Source of the DNA: Azolla caroliniana
Taxonomy: Eukaryota; Plantae; Polypodiophyta
NCBI GenBank assembly: GCA_043228905.1
Contig: JBHGNT010000022.1
Coordinates: 8,866,001 to 8,930,000, forward strand
Direction: 5' to 3'
DNA length: 64,000 bases
Below the pieces are notes generated by a model. The model made no database searches. It was not told the origin of the DNA and worked only from the letters and a program-made list of their open reading frames with translations. A program made the position numbers and the translations under genes. The stretch's first letter is position 1, and each line of letters opens with the position of its first letter. Below, piece after piece: positions 14,577 through 26,396 of the stretch.

Positions 14577-15132
14577 TGTTGGGAAACATGTCCCTCAGGA
14601 TGGGAAGAGAAGTACCGCGTTGGTGAGTATCTCGGCCAAGGCCGAAACCGAAACCAATTTTGATTTCGATATCGAAATCGAAAACCGAAATCGTTTCAGA
14701 AGACTATAATTGTAAATAGTCTAAAATGCCTCTTGGGGGCTATACTTGTAAATAGCCAGAAAGTTGCTTTGGTTTATAATCAACTAGGGCAAACTTTATA
14801 GCTAGAGTTGTTGATCATTATTGAAAAAGTTAGAACGAGGTAATTGCCTCTGTAACCAAGAGTGAGAGAGACAAAGTGTAACTCTGTAGTCATCTGTCAG
14901 ACTAAGGAGAACTCGAGGTCGTTGCCTCTGAGTTCCGTATTTGTACTTCCTCTCTAGTATAGTGATCTATTTTCTCGGAGTTTGTAGACCCCTATAGTTT
15001 TTCCCATGTCGTGTTTTCCACGTAAACTATCGGTGTCTTTGTGTCGTCACGTTTTTTTGTATGTGTGCTAGTTCTTGGTTTCTGCACACGAATACGAACG
15101 TGAAACTGGTTGTGGCTGGTCGATTCCTAATA
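14577..15132. mobile_element. Solo LTR inserted in the T2 chromodomain
   Basis: TGTTGGGAA...TTCCTAATA ends, TSD GGTCT (14572-14576, 15133-15137). Confidence 0.85.
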
Positions 15133-16389
15133 GGTCTTATGGAAAGGTTACCCTTTTTCGGACACCACATGGGAGCTAGTTACACATTTACAAAAGGCCT
15201 AGCTGGAAGCAATTCGCGCTTTTCATCAACGATACCCTCATAAACCAGCTGTAAGTGTTAGAACGCGGCCTTAAAGGGAGGATAATGTCACAAACATATG
15301 CCACAGAAGAAGGTAGGGATTGAACCCAAGACCTCATGGTCTCTATTGGGCACCCTTGCCAATTGAGCTACATATGCATCCTAGCTTGCAACTTCATGTA
15401 TTGTAGATTGAACATTGGAAATTCCTAGCTTGCATGCATCCTCTTTTCTAGCTTGCAAACATTCTGATGCATTCTCTATTGCATGCATCCTCATGCATTC
15501 TCTATTTCTAGCTAGCTTACATAGCCCTTGATTTTAATCAAGGTGAACAACACCAGTTACAGATTCTATAAGTTGAGTTCTTGTTCTTTTCCTCTCTCTT
15601 GTTTTCTAGTCTTGTCTTCGCTATGCTCTATTATACTTGTTCGTGACAACCAGCACCACATGAACCGTCATCATCTTCGCTACTAGAGCAAAGGTCTTGT
15701 CGTAGTCGATTCCATGGATTTGTGCATATCCTTTGGCCACTAACTGGGTCTTCTACCGATTGACCGAACCGTCAACATTGTACTTTACCTTGTACACCCA
15801 CTTGCAACCGATCGGTTTGCAATGTCGGCAAGGGTCAACCAGGTCCCATGTGTCGTTGGCATCAAGTGCCCACATTTCTTCCTGCATAGCGGCACGCCAT
15901 TGTGCATCTTTTGCCGCTTCTGCGTAGCTCTCTAGTTCACACACTTCTGCCACTTTTGTCATGGTGTGCATCTTTTGCCGCTTCTGCGTAGCTCTCTAGT
16001 TCACACACTTCTGCCACTTTTGTCATGTACGCATGGTGATGCGCCATGTACTTGTTATACCCATACTGTTTGACGAGGTTCTTCTGACGGGTCGATCGGT
16101 GTAACCTCTCCTTAGCCAATTTCAAGGACTTCTTGGCCGGCTTGGACTTCGTTCCCGAAGTTCCGTCTTCGTTCTTCCCAGAGTTGGTCTCGCTCCGATC
16201 CGACTTGTCTCTGCTGGTGTCATATTCTGGCATCTTCTTCTTCCCCATTTTGTTGCGTGTGAAGAGTCTCCTCGGTTAATTACGTGGGGAGAACATGGCC
16301 GAGTCTCCTTTATCGCCGACTCATCATCTGACTAGTTATTCCGACTCGGTCACTCATTCGGCCCACTTAGCCAGAATGAGATCAGACTC

Positions 16390-16681
16390 TCATCCAGAGT
16401 ATCGAATCTTGCTTCATCTTTTGCCTGGATCGTTTCAGGCTCACTGGCCTCATCCTTCGGAATCGGGTCGGAGTCAGACATCGGAGCCGGTAGAGAGTAC
16501 CATGATGCCGACTCATCAAATTCAACATCTTGGCTCATCCAGAGTATCGAATCCTGCTTCATCTTCTACCTGGATCGTTTCAGGTTCACTGGCCTCATCC
16601 TCCGGAATCAGGTCGGAGTCGAACATCAGAGCCAGTAGAGAGTACCATGATGCCGACTCATCAAATTTGACATCACGGCTC
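16390..16681. repeat. Tandem duplication of about 146 bp in the Copia A INT-RT linker (a second one of about 67 bp lies at 15899-16030)
   Basis: DV.FDESASWYSL..MSDSD.IP.DEASEPETIQ peptide occurs twice. Confidence 0.8.
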
Positions 16682-18321
16682 ACTTGAACTTGTTTTGTTT
16701 GAGGGTTATAGTAGTTATAACCCTTTTGCTCATGTGAGTAGCTGACAAGGATGCACTTCTCCGACTTCGGGTTCAGCTTTCTCCGCTTCTCATCTGGCAC
16801 ATGCACATATGCAAAGCTACCGAATGTCTTAAGGTGCCTTCAATTCGGCTTCCGCCCGAAAAACAACTCATGTGCTGATACCTTATCCCCGATCCGGTTT
16901 TGGATGTAGACGACTGTCTGGACTGCTTCAGCCCAGTAGAACTTAGGCATGCTCTTCTCTTCCAGCATTGGTCGTACCGCCTCCACAATTGACCGGTTCT
17001 TCTTTTCGGGCACATCATTTTGTTCTGGTGTGTATCGACAACTGAATTCCCTCTGAATTCCTTTCTGCTGTAGATAACTGTTGAATTGGCTGGGAAAATA
17101 TTTTTTTCCTCCATCTGACCACAGACACTTGATCTTCCTCTCCATTTCCTGTTCGACAAGACTTTGCAGGTTCTGGAAATAGTCGAAGACTTCGCTTTTC
17201 GTATCTATGAGGTAGATCCATGTGTGTCGTCTTTAGTCATCAATATAGGAGACGAAATATCGGCTCCCGACAAGACTAACATTCTGTGTTTGTCCCCATA
17301 AATCTGAATGATCGAGCTTGTTACGGCTCTGGTTTCTTTCGGTGGGGAACGAAAGCCGGTGTTGCTTCCCAAGCTGGCAGGCTTCATATATTTGGGCCTT
17401 CTGGCCACTGAATTTTGGCAATCTGAAAACCACTGGTTTCGATTGCAGGTCTTGAAGCCGTTGATAGTTGACGTGGCCGATCTACTTGTGCCACAAGTCG
17501 ATATCCGACTCGACTTTCTGTCCTTTTGCAAACAAAGCAGTGCCTACATTGTTGGTGTCGAGGATGAACATTCTCCCATCCCGGCGCCCTTGCGCGATGA
17601 TCCGGCCCTCTTCCTCAATGAAGCACCTGAGATGCGTAAACCGCACCTGCATCCCCTAGTCGACGATCTGCCTGACCAACACCAGGTTCTTTGTGATTGT
17701 CGGAACACGTAGTACGTTCATTAACTTCTCCCGGTTGCTCCAGCTTTTTGAAGAATGAGAACCGGTCTTCGTGGCTCGTGATGTGGTTTGATGCTCCGGA
17801 GTCAACGTACCACAATTCCTCCGATCCAGAAGTGGTCTTCTTCATTGAGTTTGCCTTGTGCTTCATCACAAAGGCTGGCCCTTCTCCAGTCTTACTAGTT
17901 TTGGATCCTTCTGTGTAGTGCGAGCTTTGCCGGTTTCCTTGTTTGGCTTTGCCGGATCTGGTTTATTTGAATCAACGCTCTTCTTCCAGCACTCACTCTC
18001 TCGGTGACCTTTCTTGTCACAATACCAACATTCCATTTCGGTCTTTGATTGCCAGTTTCCGGCACCGCTTTGACTCCCCCTACTTGTGGAGGGTCCAGAA
18101 CTACTGTGGGCATTAACTCTGTGCCTCTGATTCTGCTCTTGCCGGCTGCCTCCATTGCTTGCCTACCCACCTTGTCCTCCACGCCCACGGGGTCTATACG
18201 CCTCCATGTACAACATCCGTTTGTCCGATTGAGTGGTCCTTGACCCACTCGCATGGTTTTCTTCGACCATCAACATCGATTGCAAGTCGAAGAAGGACAA
18301 TGGTTTCTCCCGGGTGCAAAT

Positions 18322-18735
18322 TGTTGAGAAGCAAGCTCAACAAAGGTGAAATAAGCTATAGTAGTTATTAGCTAATTAGCTACTAGTGGACATAAAGGTG
18401 AAACAACTATTTAGCTATGCACAACTATTTAGGTACTGACAACTAATTAGCTACTTGCAACTAATTAGCTACATATATAAGTCTTTTATAACTTAGGTAA
18501 AAAGTAAGTAGAAAAGTAGAAGTGTAGAAGAGTGAGAGTAGTGCAGAGAGTTGTAAGAACAGAAAACAGAAAATTGACGAGAGCGAGTTGAGCTTTGCGT
18601 GTAATGAAGTAGAAGCTTTTTGGGTTGTGCAGAGGTAAGCCTCCTTCCTCTTCCCCCTTTCTGTCTTGAGCACTAAACGACCCAACACATCACGATCCGA
18701 TGTGCACACAGAAGAGTCATAGCGCCTTCGTAACA
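18322..18735 (-). mobile_element. Solo-LTR-like insertion in Copia A gag, rich in CTAATTAGCTA motifs
   Basis: TGTTACG...TCTCAACA on the minus strand; gag PIQTA|ICTREK is restored on removal; no clear TSD. Confidence 0.65.
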
Positions 18736-20696
18736 CTGTCTGGATTGGCCTGTACCGTTGTTCTAGACCACTGAGGAAGATCTGGACCATCTCGTCTTCG
18801 TCCACCGTCATATTGATGGACCCGAGCGCATCGCAGATCTCCTTGATCTTGGTGGTTTAGTCGATGACCAACATGCCCCTTTGCCGAATGTTGTTGAGCT
18901 CTTGTCGAAGCTGCAACTTCCGGGCCGTGGTACTTGCGGCTAAAATCTTCCAGAGATTTTCCCAGGCCTCCTTTAGTGACTTTGCATCTCTGATGTAGCC
19001 AAGCATCTCGTCGTGCACACAGGACGTGAGGTAGTACAACACCTTGCTCACTCCTTGCTCCCAAACCGAGAAGTCCTTGTGTGCCGAATCGGGCGCTGCT
19101 TCATTTACTCCTTTCATGTAGCTCTAGTATCCATGCTCGAACAGGTACTAGTGCATTTTATATGACCAAGACGCATAGTTCCTCCGGTCGAGCTTTTCTG
19201 TTGGAAGCGAGCTCGCCATGCTTCTGTCCATACCTTCTCTTTTTGGTCTATTCTTTTACCGATGGTTAGGGTTTGTCTTAAAAAAGAAAAAATGATTGTC
19301 GGTTGTAGAGGTTTTCAGCCCTCGCGCTCTGATACCATGTCAAAGTTAATATGCGGAAGCTTTGACAAACTGGTTTATCCGAATAGCAACAGAAAACAGA
19401 GAATGAAGGTTTAATGGAAGCTTAAGAACAAAGAATACACAAGAGAGACAGAGAGAGCAGAAAGCATAAACTCTATTCAAAATAATAACACTCTATACAT
19501 ACAATGTGCTTAGTGAGCACTTTTATACAAGCCCATAAAGGACTGATAGAAGTACTAACAAGTACTTGAATGCTCATACGTGTGACTAACAGTAACTCCC
19601 AAGAATCTGCTTACGTACTAGGTTAGATTTGTAGGCCTCTAGTAGCCTACCGGTTCCAATCTAATCCGGCTCCTGGTTCCGGATACCATCCGGACACCGA
19701 TTCGGTTCTTTGTTTCGGACTCCAATCCAGCTCTAGCTTGTTCAGCCGATCCAGATCTAGTTTAGCTTGTCTGTTGAACAAAATAGAGTCAACATAACGC
19801 CGAGGGCCATTGTCCGATGTTGAGAAAGGACGACGTTCAGCACACCGCCTATGCCTATATTGTGGCGATCCAAGACATGTAGCCATGAATTGCCCACATA
19901 AACCTAGACGTCAAGTATACCAAGTAAGTGCACATCCTAACCCTACATCGTGTTCTATTATTACTTCTAATCACCTAAGTAAACCTAATAGTCCATATCA
20001 TGAGACTAGATTCGATTTTTTGAGCCAATTAGAGGATGTGTTCAACGAGTAAGTCCAATCAAAATTGGTGCCATATGGTTGGACCATCTTAGCTATGTTG
20101 AGTCAATTCTTAGTCGTGGTTCCATTTCATCAAATCAAGTTAGTAGAGTTTGTTTTTCACAAGTTGGGCTCAACACATCTACATATCATCGAGTCCTAGC
20201 CTTTGCCCTCCTAGATTCCGTTGTCATGAAGATTTTCGGGAACGGTGTGAAAATTGCATGGAATGTACAAAATCGAGTGTGGTTCTTCACACAAGACATG
20301 AAACAATAATAGTGAATATATTATTTTAGATTAGCTTAATATCTTGGTATGGGAAGATGGAGGTCTTCAAGAGCTTCCGAATGTACTTTACTACATTTGA
20401 AACGGACAACTGAATGTCAAGTTATGTGAGTGTGAAGTTTGAGAAGAAGAAGAGGAAAACAAAACTGTGAGATATCCCACATAGATAGAACAACATCAGG
20501 ATTCAAGAGTAAATAAGTAGAGCCATATTTTTTTATATTTTATCTATGTGCTAGGAGCACAAAAAGGTTCGGTTATATAACTTGGACGAATGGATGCGGC
20601 CAAGTTATTCAAATAGTGTTTTGGATGGATCCGGATGGACATCACCGGACAACGACGACGACGAAACCAGAACCAAACGTTTTTTAAGGCCAAGGA

Positions 20697-21052
20697 TTTA
20701 GGGAATTAAAAAATAATTTGATTGTGGATGAGTATGTGAATGTATTTGTGTTGTTTTTACTACTGAATTTGAGTAAATTTGTTGTTTAGGTTCATAAATT
20801 AGATTGCGGGTTTAGGGAATTAGGAAAAAATTTGATAGTGGATGAGTATCTGAATGTATTTTGTTGTTTTTACTATTGAATTCGAGTACATTTGTTGATT
20901 AGGTTCATAAATTAGATTGAGAATTTAGGGAATTAAAGAATAATTTGATTGTGGATGAGTATGTGAATGTATTTGTGTTGTTTTTATTGTTGAATTCGAG
21001 CACATTTGTTGATTGGGTTCATAAATTAGATTACGGTTTAGGGAATTAGAAA
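20697..21052. repeat. Tandem repeat, about 114-bp unit, three copies plus a partial
   Basis: TTTAGGGAATTA...GTGGATGAGTAT...GGTTCATAAATTAGATT recurs at about 20697, 20811, 20924 and 21037. Confidence 0.85.
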
Positions 21053-21102
21053 ATAATAGATATAAGTCAATGTGAAATTAGGTCATTAGCCTTATTACAT
21101 AG

Positions 21103-22724
21103 ATGAATTCAACCCACAAGTGAGGTGTTGGACCTCATTTGAATGATGAACAAAGGCTACAAATTTTGGAGATAGTGGAACAACCATCGGCTCCTTCTCT
21201 TCATAACATAGGTAGAAATTTTGGTGTAAGTGAATCGGCGATTAGAAGTTTAATCAAGAAGAAGGATGAGATATGAATGCGTGTCCAATTAAAAGATCAT
21301 AATACAAGGAAAACAACTTTTAGTGGATCCAAAGGGAAATATCCAGAATTAGAGGAACGCTTGTATGCTTAGATTGATGCATCTCGTCGATTGGCTACAA
21401 AAATGAATATTTGTGATGATGATTTCAAAGCAACTTGGGGTTGGTTTAGGAAATTTCATCATCGCCAATGTTTGAATACTATTAGTTTGTATGGCGAAGG
21501 AGGGGCAGTTAATCGAAATGACCTAGAATTGTTGACTTCTTTGGAAAGGCTCTATGCTATAATCAATGAGTATGATGCTAGTTGTGTTTACAATATGGAT
21601 GAAACAGGCATGTTTTTTCGATTAGTTCCAAGATATACAGTGCTTTTGCCTAGTGAAGATCCTACAACAATTCGAGGTAAGAAAAATTTGCTAGATAGAA
21701 TTACCTTAGTTGTTTGTTGTAATGCGACTGGAATTGAAAAAGTTCCCATTACAATTATTGGAAAGGCTAAGGAACCAGCTTGTATTGTTGGAAATTCTTG
21801 GCCATTACCCTATTTAGCACAAAAAAATGCTTGGATTGATATCCCTACTTTTAATAAGTGGTTTGATCATGTGTTTGTACCTTTTGTTCGTACTCGAACT
21901 AATCACACAGTGTTTATAATCCTTGACAATGCTCTTGGTCATGCCAAAACATTTGAGCGTGATGCTATCAAAGTGATTTTTTTCCTAGACAATGAAGAGG
22001 TACAAATATTATTTGATGAGAGAAATTTTGACATATCATGATAGTCCAGAAAATGTTGCTAAACGAATGAGAAGAGGTTCTATTGGTTTAACTTTTGGAA
22101 AGTTGGCACATTTGCTAGATGTTGCCAATCTCATTGTTATTGCTTGGAATGAGATCAAGCAGGAAACACTTTTTAATTGCTATAGAAAGGTAGATATTAT
22201 TCCGCATTAATGATGTTGAAGTTGTTGAAATGGAAGATCAATGCCTTGATGATCTTGTTGCTTTGTTATGTAACTATAGTTTGCTTGAGAATGCACATAA
22301 TGTAGAAGAAATTCGAGAGGAAATCATGGAATGTGTCAATGCAGATGCAAATGAAGTAGAAAAACTAAATCAAAATCTCCTTGAAGATATTGATGAAGTT
22401 ATAGCGCAAGCATCCAACACCAATGAACCACTTGCATATGATGAAAATGATTCTGATTCTAAGTTTGTTGAGATGCAAGATTTGCATGGATGCTTAAAAG
22501 AAGAAGATGTGATTATTCCTAAAGTATTGCAAAATATTGTTGATACAGAACTCATGCTCAACTCGATAATGACAACAACTTATTTGAGTTCCGAGAAAGC
22601 AAAGCAAGTAAAATCAGCTTTATCGAGTGCTCGTAGAATTATTCAAGAAGCAAATTCTGCCATTGTTTCTAAGCGTATCACTAAAAGTAGGCAAATGACC
22701 TTACATGATTTTGGTATGAAATAG
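21103..22724 (+). pseudogene. pogo/Tigger (CENP-B/Jerky-like DDE_1) transposase, disrupted; element right TIR ends at 23024 followed by TA
   Basis: HTH ..GRNFGVSESAIR, GKYPELEERLY, YNMDETGMFF, RITLVVCCNATG.EK, NAWI, ILDNA; terminal ..TTACTG|TA; left TIR not found. Confidence 0.88.
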
Positions 22725-25700
22725 CGAAAGACATAGAAATCCTATTTTTGTTGAATTTTTGTCATTGTTTGTAAGTTCTCGCTAAAAGTAGGCAAATGAC
22801 CAAACATGATGTTGGTATGAAATTGCGAAAGAACTTAGAAATCTTATATTTATTGATGATTTTGTTGTTTCTTGAATTTTTGGAACATAGTTTCCATTTG
22901 GTTCAATGTATTTTGTCATAAAACAATCTAATTTTTTTGAACAGGATTTTGACATCTATAAAAAAAAGTGCACTTAATAAAATGGCACACTTAATTGGAC
23001 ACACACTTAACTAAATGGTTACTGTATTGCCACCACTCGTCCTTGTCCGAAGCTTGATTACAAGAAGTTAGGCCCTTTCCGAATCATCGAGAAAATTGGT
23101 TCCATGGTTGTCCGCTTAGAGCTATCATCCCACTTCCGTATTCATAATGTATTCCATGTCTCCCTTCTGGAACCTCACCATATATTTGAAATCCCTGGTC
23201 AACATCCTTCTCCTCCACCACCAATCCAGCTCTCGACCAGAGAAGAATATGAGGTCGACCAAATTCTGTCTCTTTCGTCGCCAACTTCAATACCTTGTCC
23301 TCTAGAAAGGGTACCCAATCTTCGAAGCAACATGTGAGCTGGAACACCATCTCAAGCATGCCCCAGACATAATTCGAGCATTTCATGAATGTTATCCACA
23401 GAAACCGGCCACAGGTCCTCTAATGCGGCCTTAGAGGGAGGATAATGTCATAGACAAGAGGGCACAGGAATTGTGGGGGTTGAACCCATGACCTTCTCGT
23501 TTTAATTGGCAACCTTACCAGTTGAGCTACATCCATTGCTGAGATACAAACTCAACATTGATTGCGTAAACTGGTCCGTAAACCAGTGCATAGATTGCGT
23601 GTGTAAATCGGGTGCGCAATGAGAGGCCATAGCGGTGCGTAAACCGGGAGGCCGTTGGAAAGATATTCCGCGAAGGAATATATTTTGAGGAGTTAGTGTA
23701 GGGGTCATTGATGAGCATTGAAGTACGTGTCAATACTTCTGTCAGTCCATATGGACTTGTATAAAAGTGCTCTCTAAGCACATCCTATGTACAAAGTGTT
23801 ATTTTCTTGAAATAGAATTGTTCTCTGCTCTCTCTCTCTCTATGTCTCTCCTTCTTCTTCTTCTCTCTGTGTTTTTCTGTGTTTCACCAAACTGTCATAT
23901 TTCTGAACTGTGTACTCTGTTCTGTGTCTATTACGCACACGCTTCCGCACGTATTCCTTTACATGGTATCAGAGCGCGAGGGTTGAGACTCCTCCGCAGC
24001 CGACAGAAAAGCAAGCAATAAAGACAGAGTCAAGTTTTTTTTCGATTTTGGAAAAGATATGACAACAATATGGACAAAGGCCGTAATGGTGTGTAAACCG
24101 GGAGGCCATTGGAAAGATATTCCGTGAAGGAATATATTTTCGGAGTTAGTGTAGGGGTCATTGATGAGCATTGAAGTACGTGTCAATACTTCTGTCAGTC
24201 CATATGGACTTGTATAAAAGTGCTCTCTAAGAACATCCTATGTACAGAGTGTTATTTTCTTGGAATAGAACTGTTCTCTGCTCTCTCTCTATGTCTCTCC
24301 TTCTTCTTCTTCTCTCTATGTTTTCTGTGTTTCACCGAACTGTCATATTTCCGAATTGTGTACTCTGTGTATTTTACGCACACGCTTCCGCATGTATTCC
24401 TTTACATGGTATCAGAACACGAGGGTTAAGACTCCTCTACAACCGACAGAAAAGCACGCAATAAAGATAGAGTCAAGTTTTTTTTCAATTTTGGAAAAGA
24501 TACGACAACAATATGGACAGAGGAATGGGAAGCTCGCCACCGGCTGAGAAGCTCAATAGGAGCAACTACACAACTTGGTCTTACAAGATGCACCAATACC
24601 TGCTTAGTCATGGTTACTCGAGTTATGTCGATGGAGCTAATGACGCAGCACCCGAATCGACACACAGAGATTTCCCAACCTGGGAACAGGCGGCAAGCAG
24701 AGTTCTCTAATGCTTCGCATCTTGTGTGAGCGATCAGCTTTTGAGCTACATTCGGGATGTGAAGACGCCAAAGGATGCTTGGGGAAATCTGAAAAAGATT
24801 TTCACCGCGAGCACCACAACCAAAAAGCTCCAACTCAGGCAAGAGTTGAGCAATGTTCGACAATGAGATATGTCGGTGGCTGACTACATCTCCAAGATCA
24901 AGGACATCTGCGACTCTCTTGTCGTTGTCGATGTAAACGTTGAGAAGGACGAAATAGTGTAGGTTTGCCTCGGAGGGTTAGCGTCAAAGTTCAGAGCTTT
25001 CCGAATTGCAGTCTATACGAGGGAGAATACGTCGTCATTTTTTCGACTTACAGTCGATGCTCCTAGTAGAGGACAACCACGCGGGTGCATCAATGAATAC
25101 GCACGCCGACAACAAGATGTTGTACACGGAGGAAGATAGGCCTCGTGGTTGTGGCGGACGAGGCAAGTCGGTGCACAATGGAGGCGGCCAATAGGAGCAA
25201 GATGGAAGGCATGGTCGTAATGCTAACAGTAGTTCCAGACCATCCGGAAGCAGGAGGAGTCGAGGCGGCACTAGAAACCGGCAAGGGAAACCCGTCACGG
25301 AATGCTAGTATTGTGGCAAGAAAGGCCACAAGGAGAGCGAGTGCTGGAAGAAACGTGTCGATTCGGAGAAAATCGCATCCGGATCTGGGCAAACCGAACA
25401 AGGAAATCGGCAGCAATCGCACTACGTCGAGGGCTCCGAACGAGCTGAAAATGGATCGGGCCCAGCCTTCGTAATGAAGCACAAGGCCAATTTGATGGCG
25501 ATGAACACCTCCAAACCGAACGAGGTGTGGTATGTTGACTCCGGAGCATCAAATCATATGACGAGTCATGAGGAATGGTTCTCATACTTGGAGAAACCAG
25601 AAAAACAAGGAGTGGTCCAAATTGGAGATGACACTCTGCATACCATCAAACATGTCGGAGAAGTTCCCCTCAACCACGTCGGGCAGAAAGGGAAACTCAT

Positions 25701-26396
25701 GAACGTGCTACACGTCCCGACAATAACCAAGAACCTGGTGTCGGTCGGACAAATCGTCGACCAAGGGATGCAAGTTCGATTCACGCATCTTGGTTGCTAC
25801 ATCGAAGAGGAAGGCAAGATAATCGCACAAGGGCGCCATGAAGGGAGGATGTTTATCCTCGAGACCAATGATGTAGGCACCGCTATGTTTGCGAAAGGGC
25901 AAAAGATCGAATCGGATATCGACTTTTGGCAAGCAGTTCAGCCACATAAATTTCCCGAAGCTTCAAGAAATGCAGACGAAAAACATCGTTTTCGGCTTGC
26001 CGAAATTGAGTGGCCGAAAGGGCGAAGTCTGCGAAGCCTGCCAGGTTGGAAAGCATCACAGACTTCCATTCCCCAATGAGCGTAATTGGAGTCGAAATCT
26101 GCTCGATGTGATCCATTATGATGTATGGGGACTGGCACACAACGTGAGTCTCGGTGGAAGCCGATATTTCGTGAATTTCATCGATGACTTCTCTCGGCAC
26201 ACGTGGGCATGCTTGATCGCGAAAAAGAGTGAAGTCTTCGCGTGTTTCCTGAAAGTAAAGAGCCTTGCGGAAAGCGAAATCGGATGAAAGATCAAGTGCC
26301 TAAGGTTCGATGGTAGGAAGGAGTACTTCTCCGACCAGTTCTTGAATTATCTGCAGGACGAAGGAATTCAGTGCGAATTCTCTTGCATATACACGT

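Larger units (their letters stand above)
6198..15648 (+). mobile_element. Tcn1/Tf1-like chromovirus T2, both LTRs present, degenerate, RNase H region deleted near 13412
   Basis: TSD ACCAG (6193-6197, 15649-15653); 5' LTR 6198-6221 + 9431-9727; 3' LTR 15286-15648 after PPT AAAGGGAGGATAA; gag, protease, [22 protein letters not shown] and chromodomain remnants. Confidence 0.95.
3928..19780 (-). mobile_element. Ty1/copia element A, full-length but degenerate, host of nested inserts
   Basis: LTRs 3928-4357 and 19338-19780; TSD AAATA (3923-3927, 19781-19785); iMet PBS TGGTATCAGAGC at 19326-19337; PPT at 4358; gag, WYVDSGASNH protease, INT, RT and RNase H remnants. Confidence 0.95.
2155..20220 (+). 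mobile_element. Tcn1/Tf1-like Ty3/gypsy element T1 (5' LTR, gag, start of protease), interrupted by Copia A and truncated
   Basis: TGTCA-start LTR; gag 3066-3927 resumes at 19786 (PTPMEI|ES..RRGPLS..CLYCG..H.A..C zinc knuckle); protease ALLDS at about 20200; collinear with the T4 element at 32.3-37.5 kb. Confidence 0.88.

Noticed and set aside
20697-20703. TTTAGGG telomeric repeats
   Set aside because: Single heptamers inside a 114-bp unit, not a telomeric array
23470-23536. Functional tRNA genes in the LTRs
   Set aside because: Acceptor and anticodon stems do not pair; only the A/B boxes, variable-loop AGGTC and T-arm are kept, so reported as tRNA-like modules
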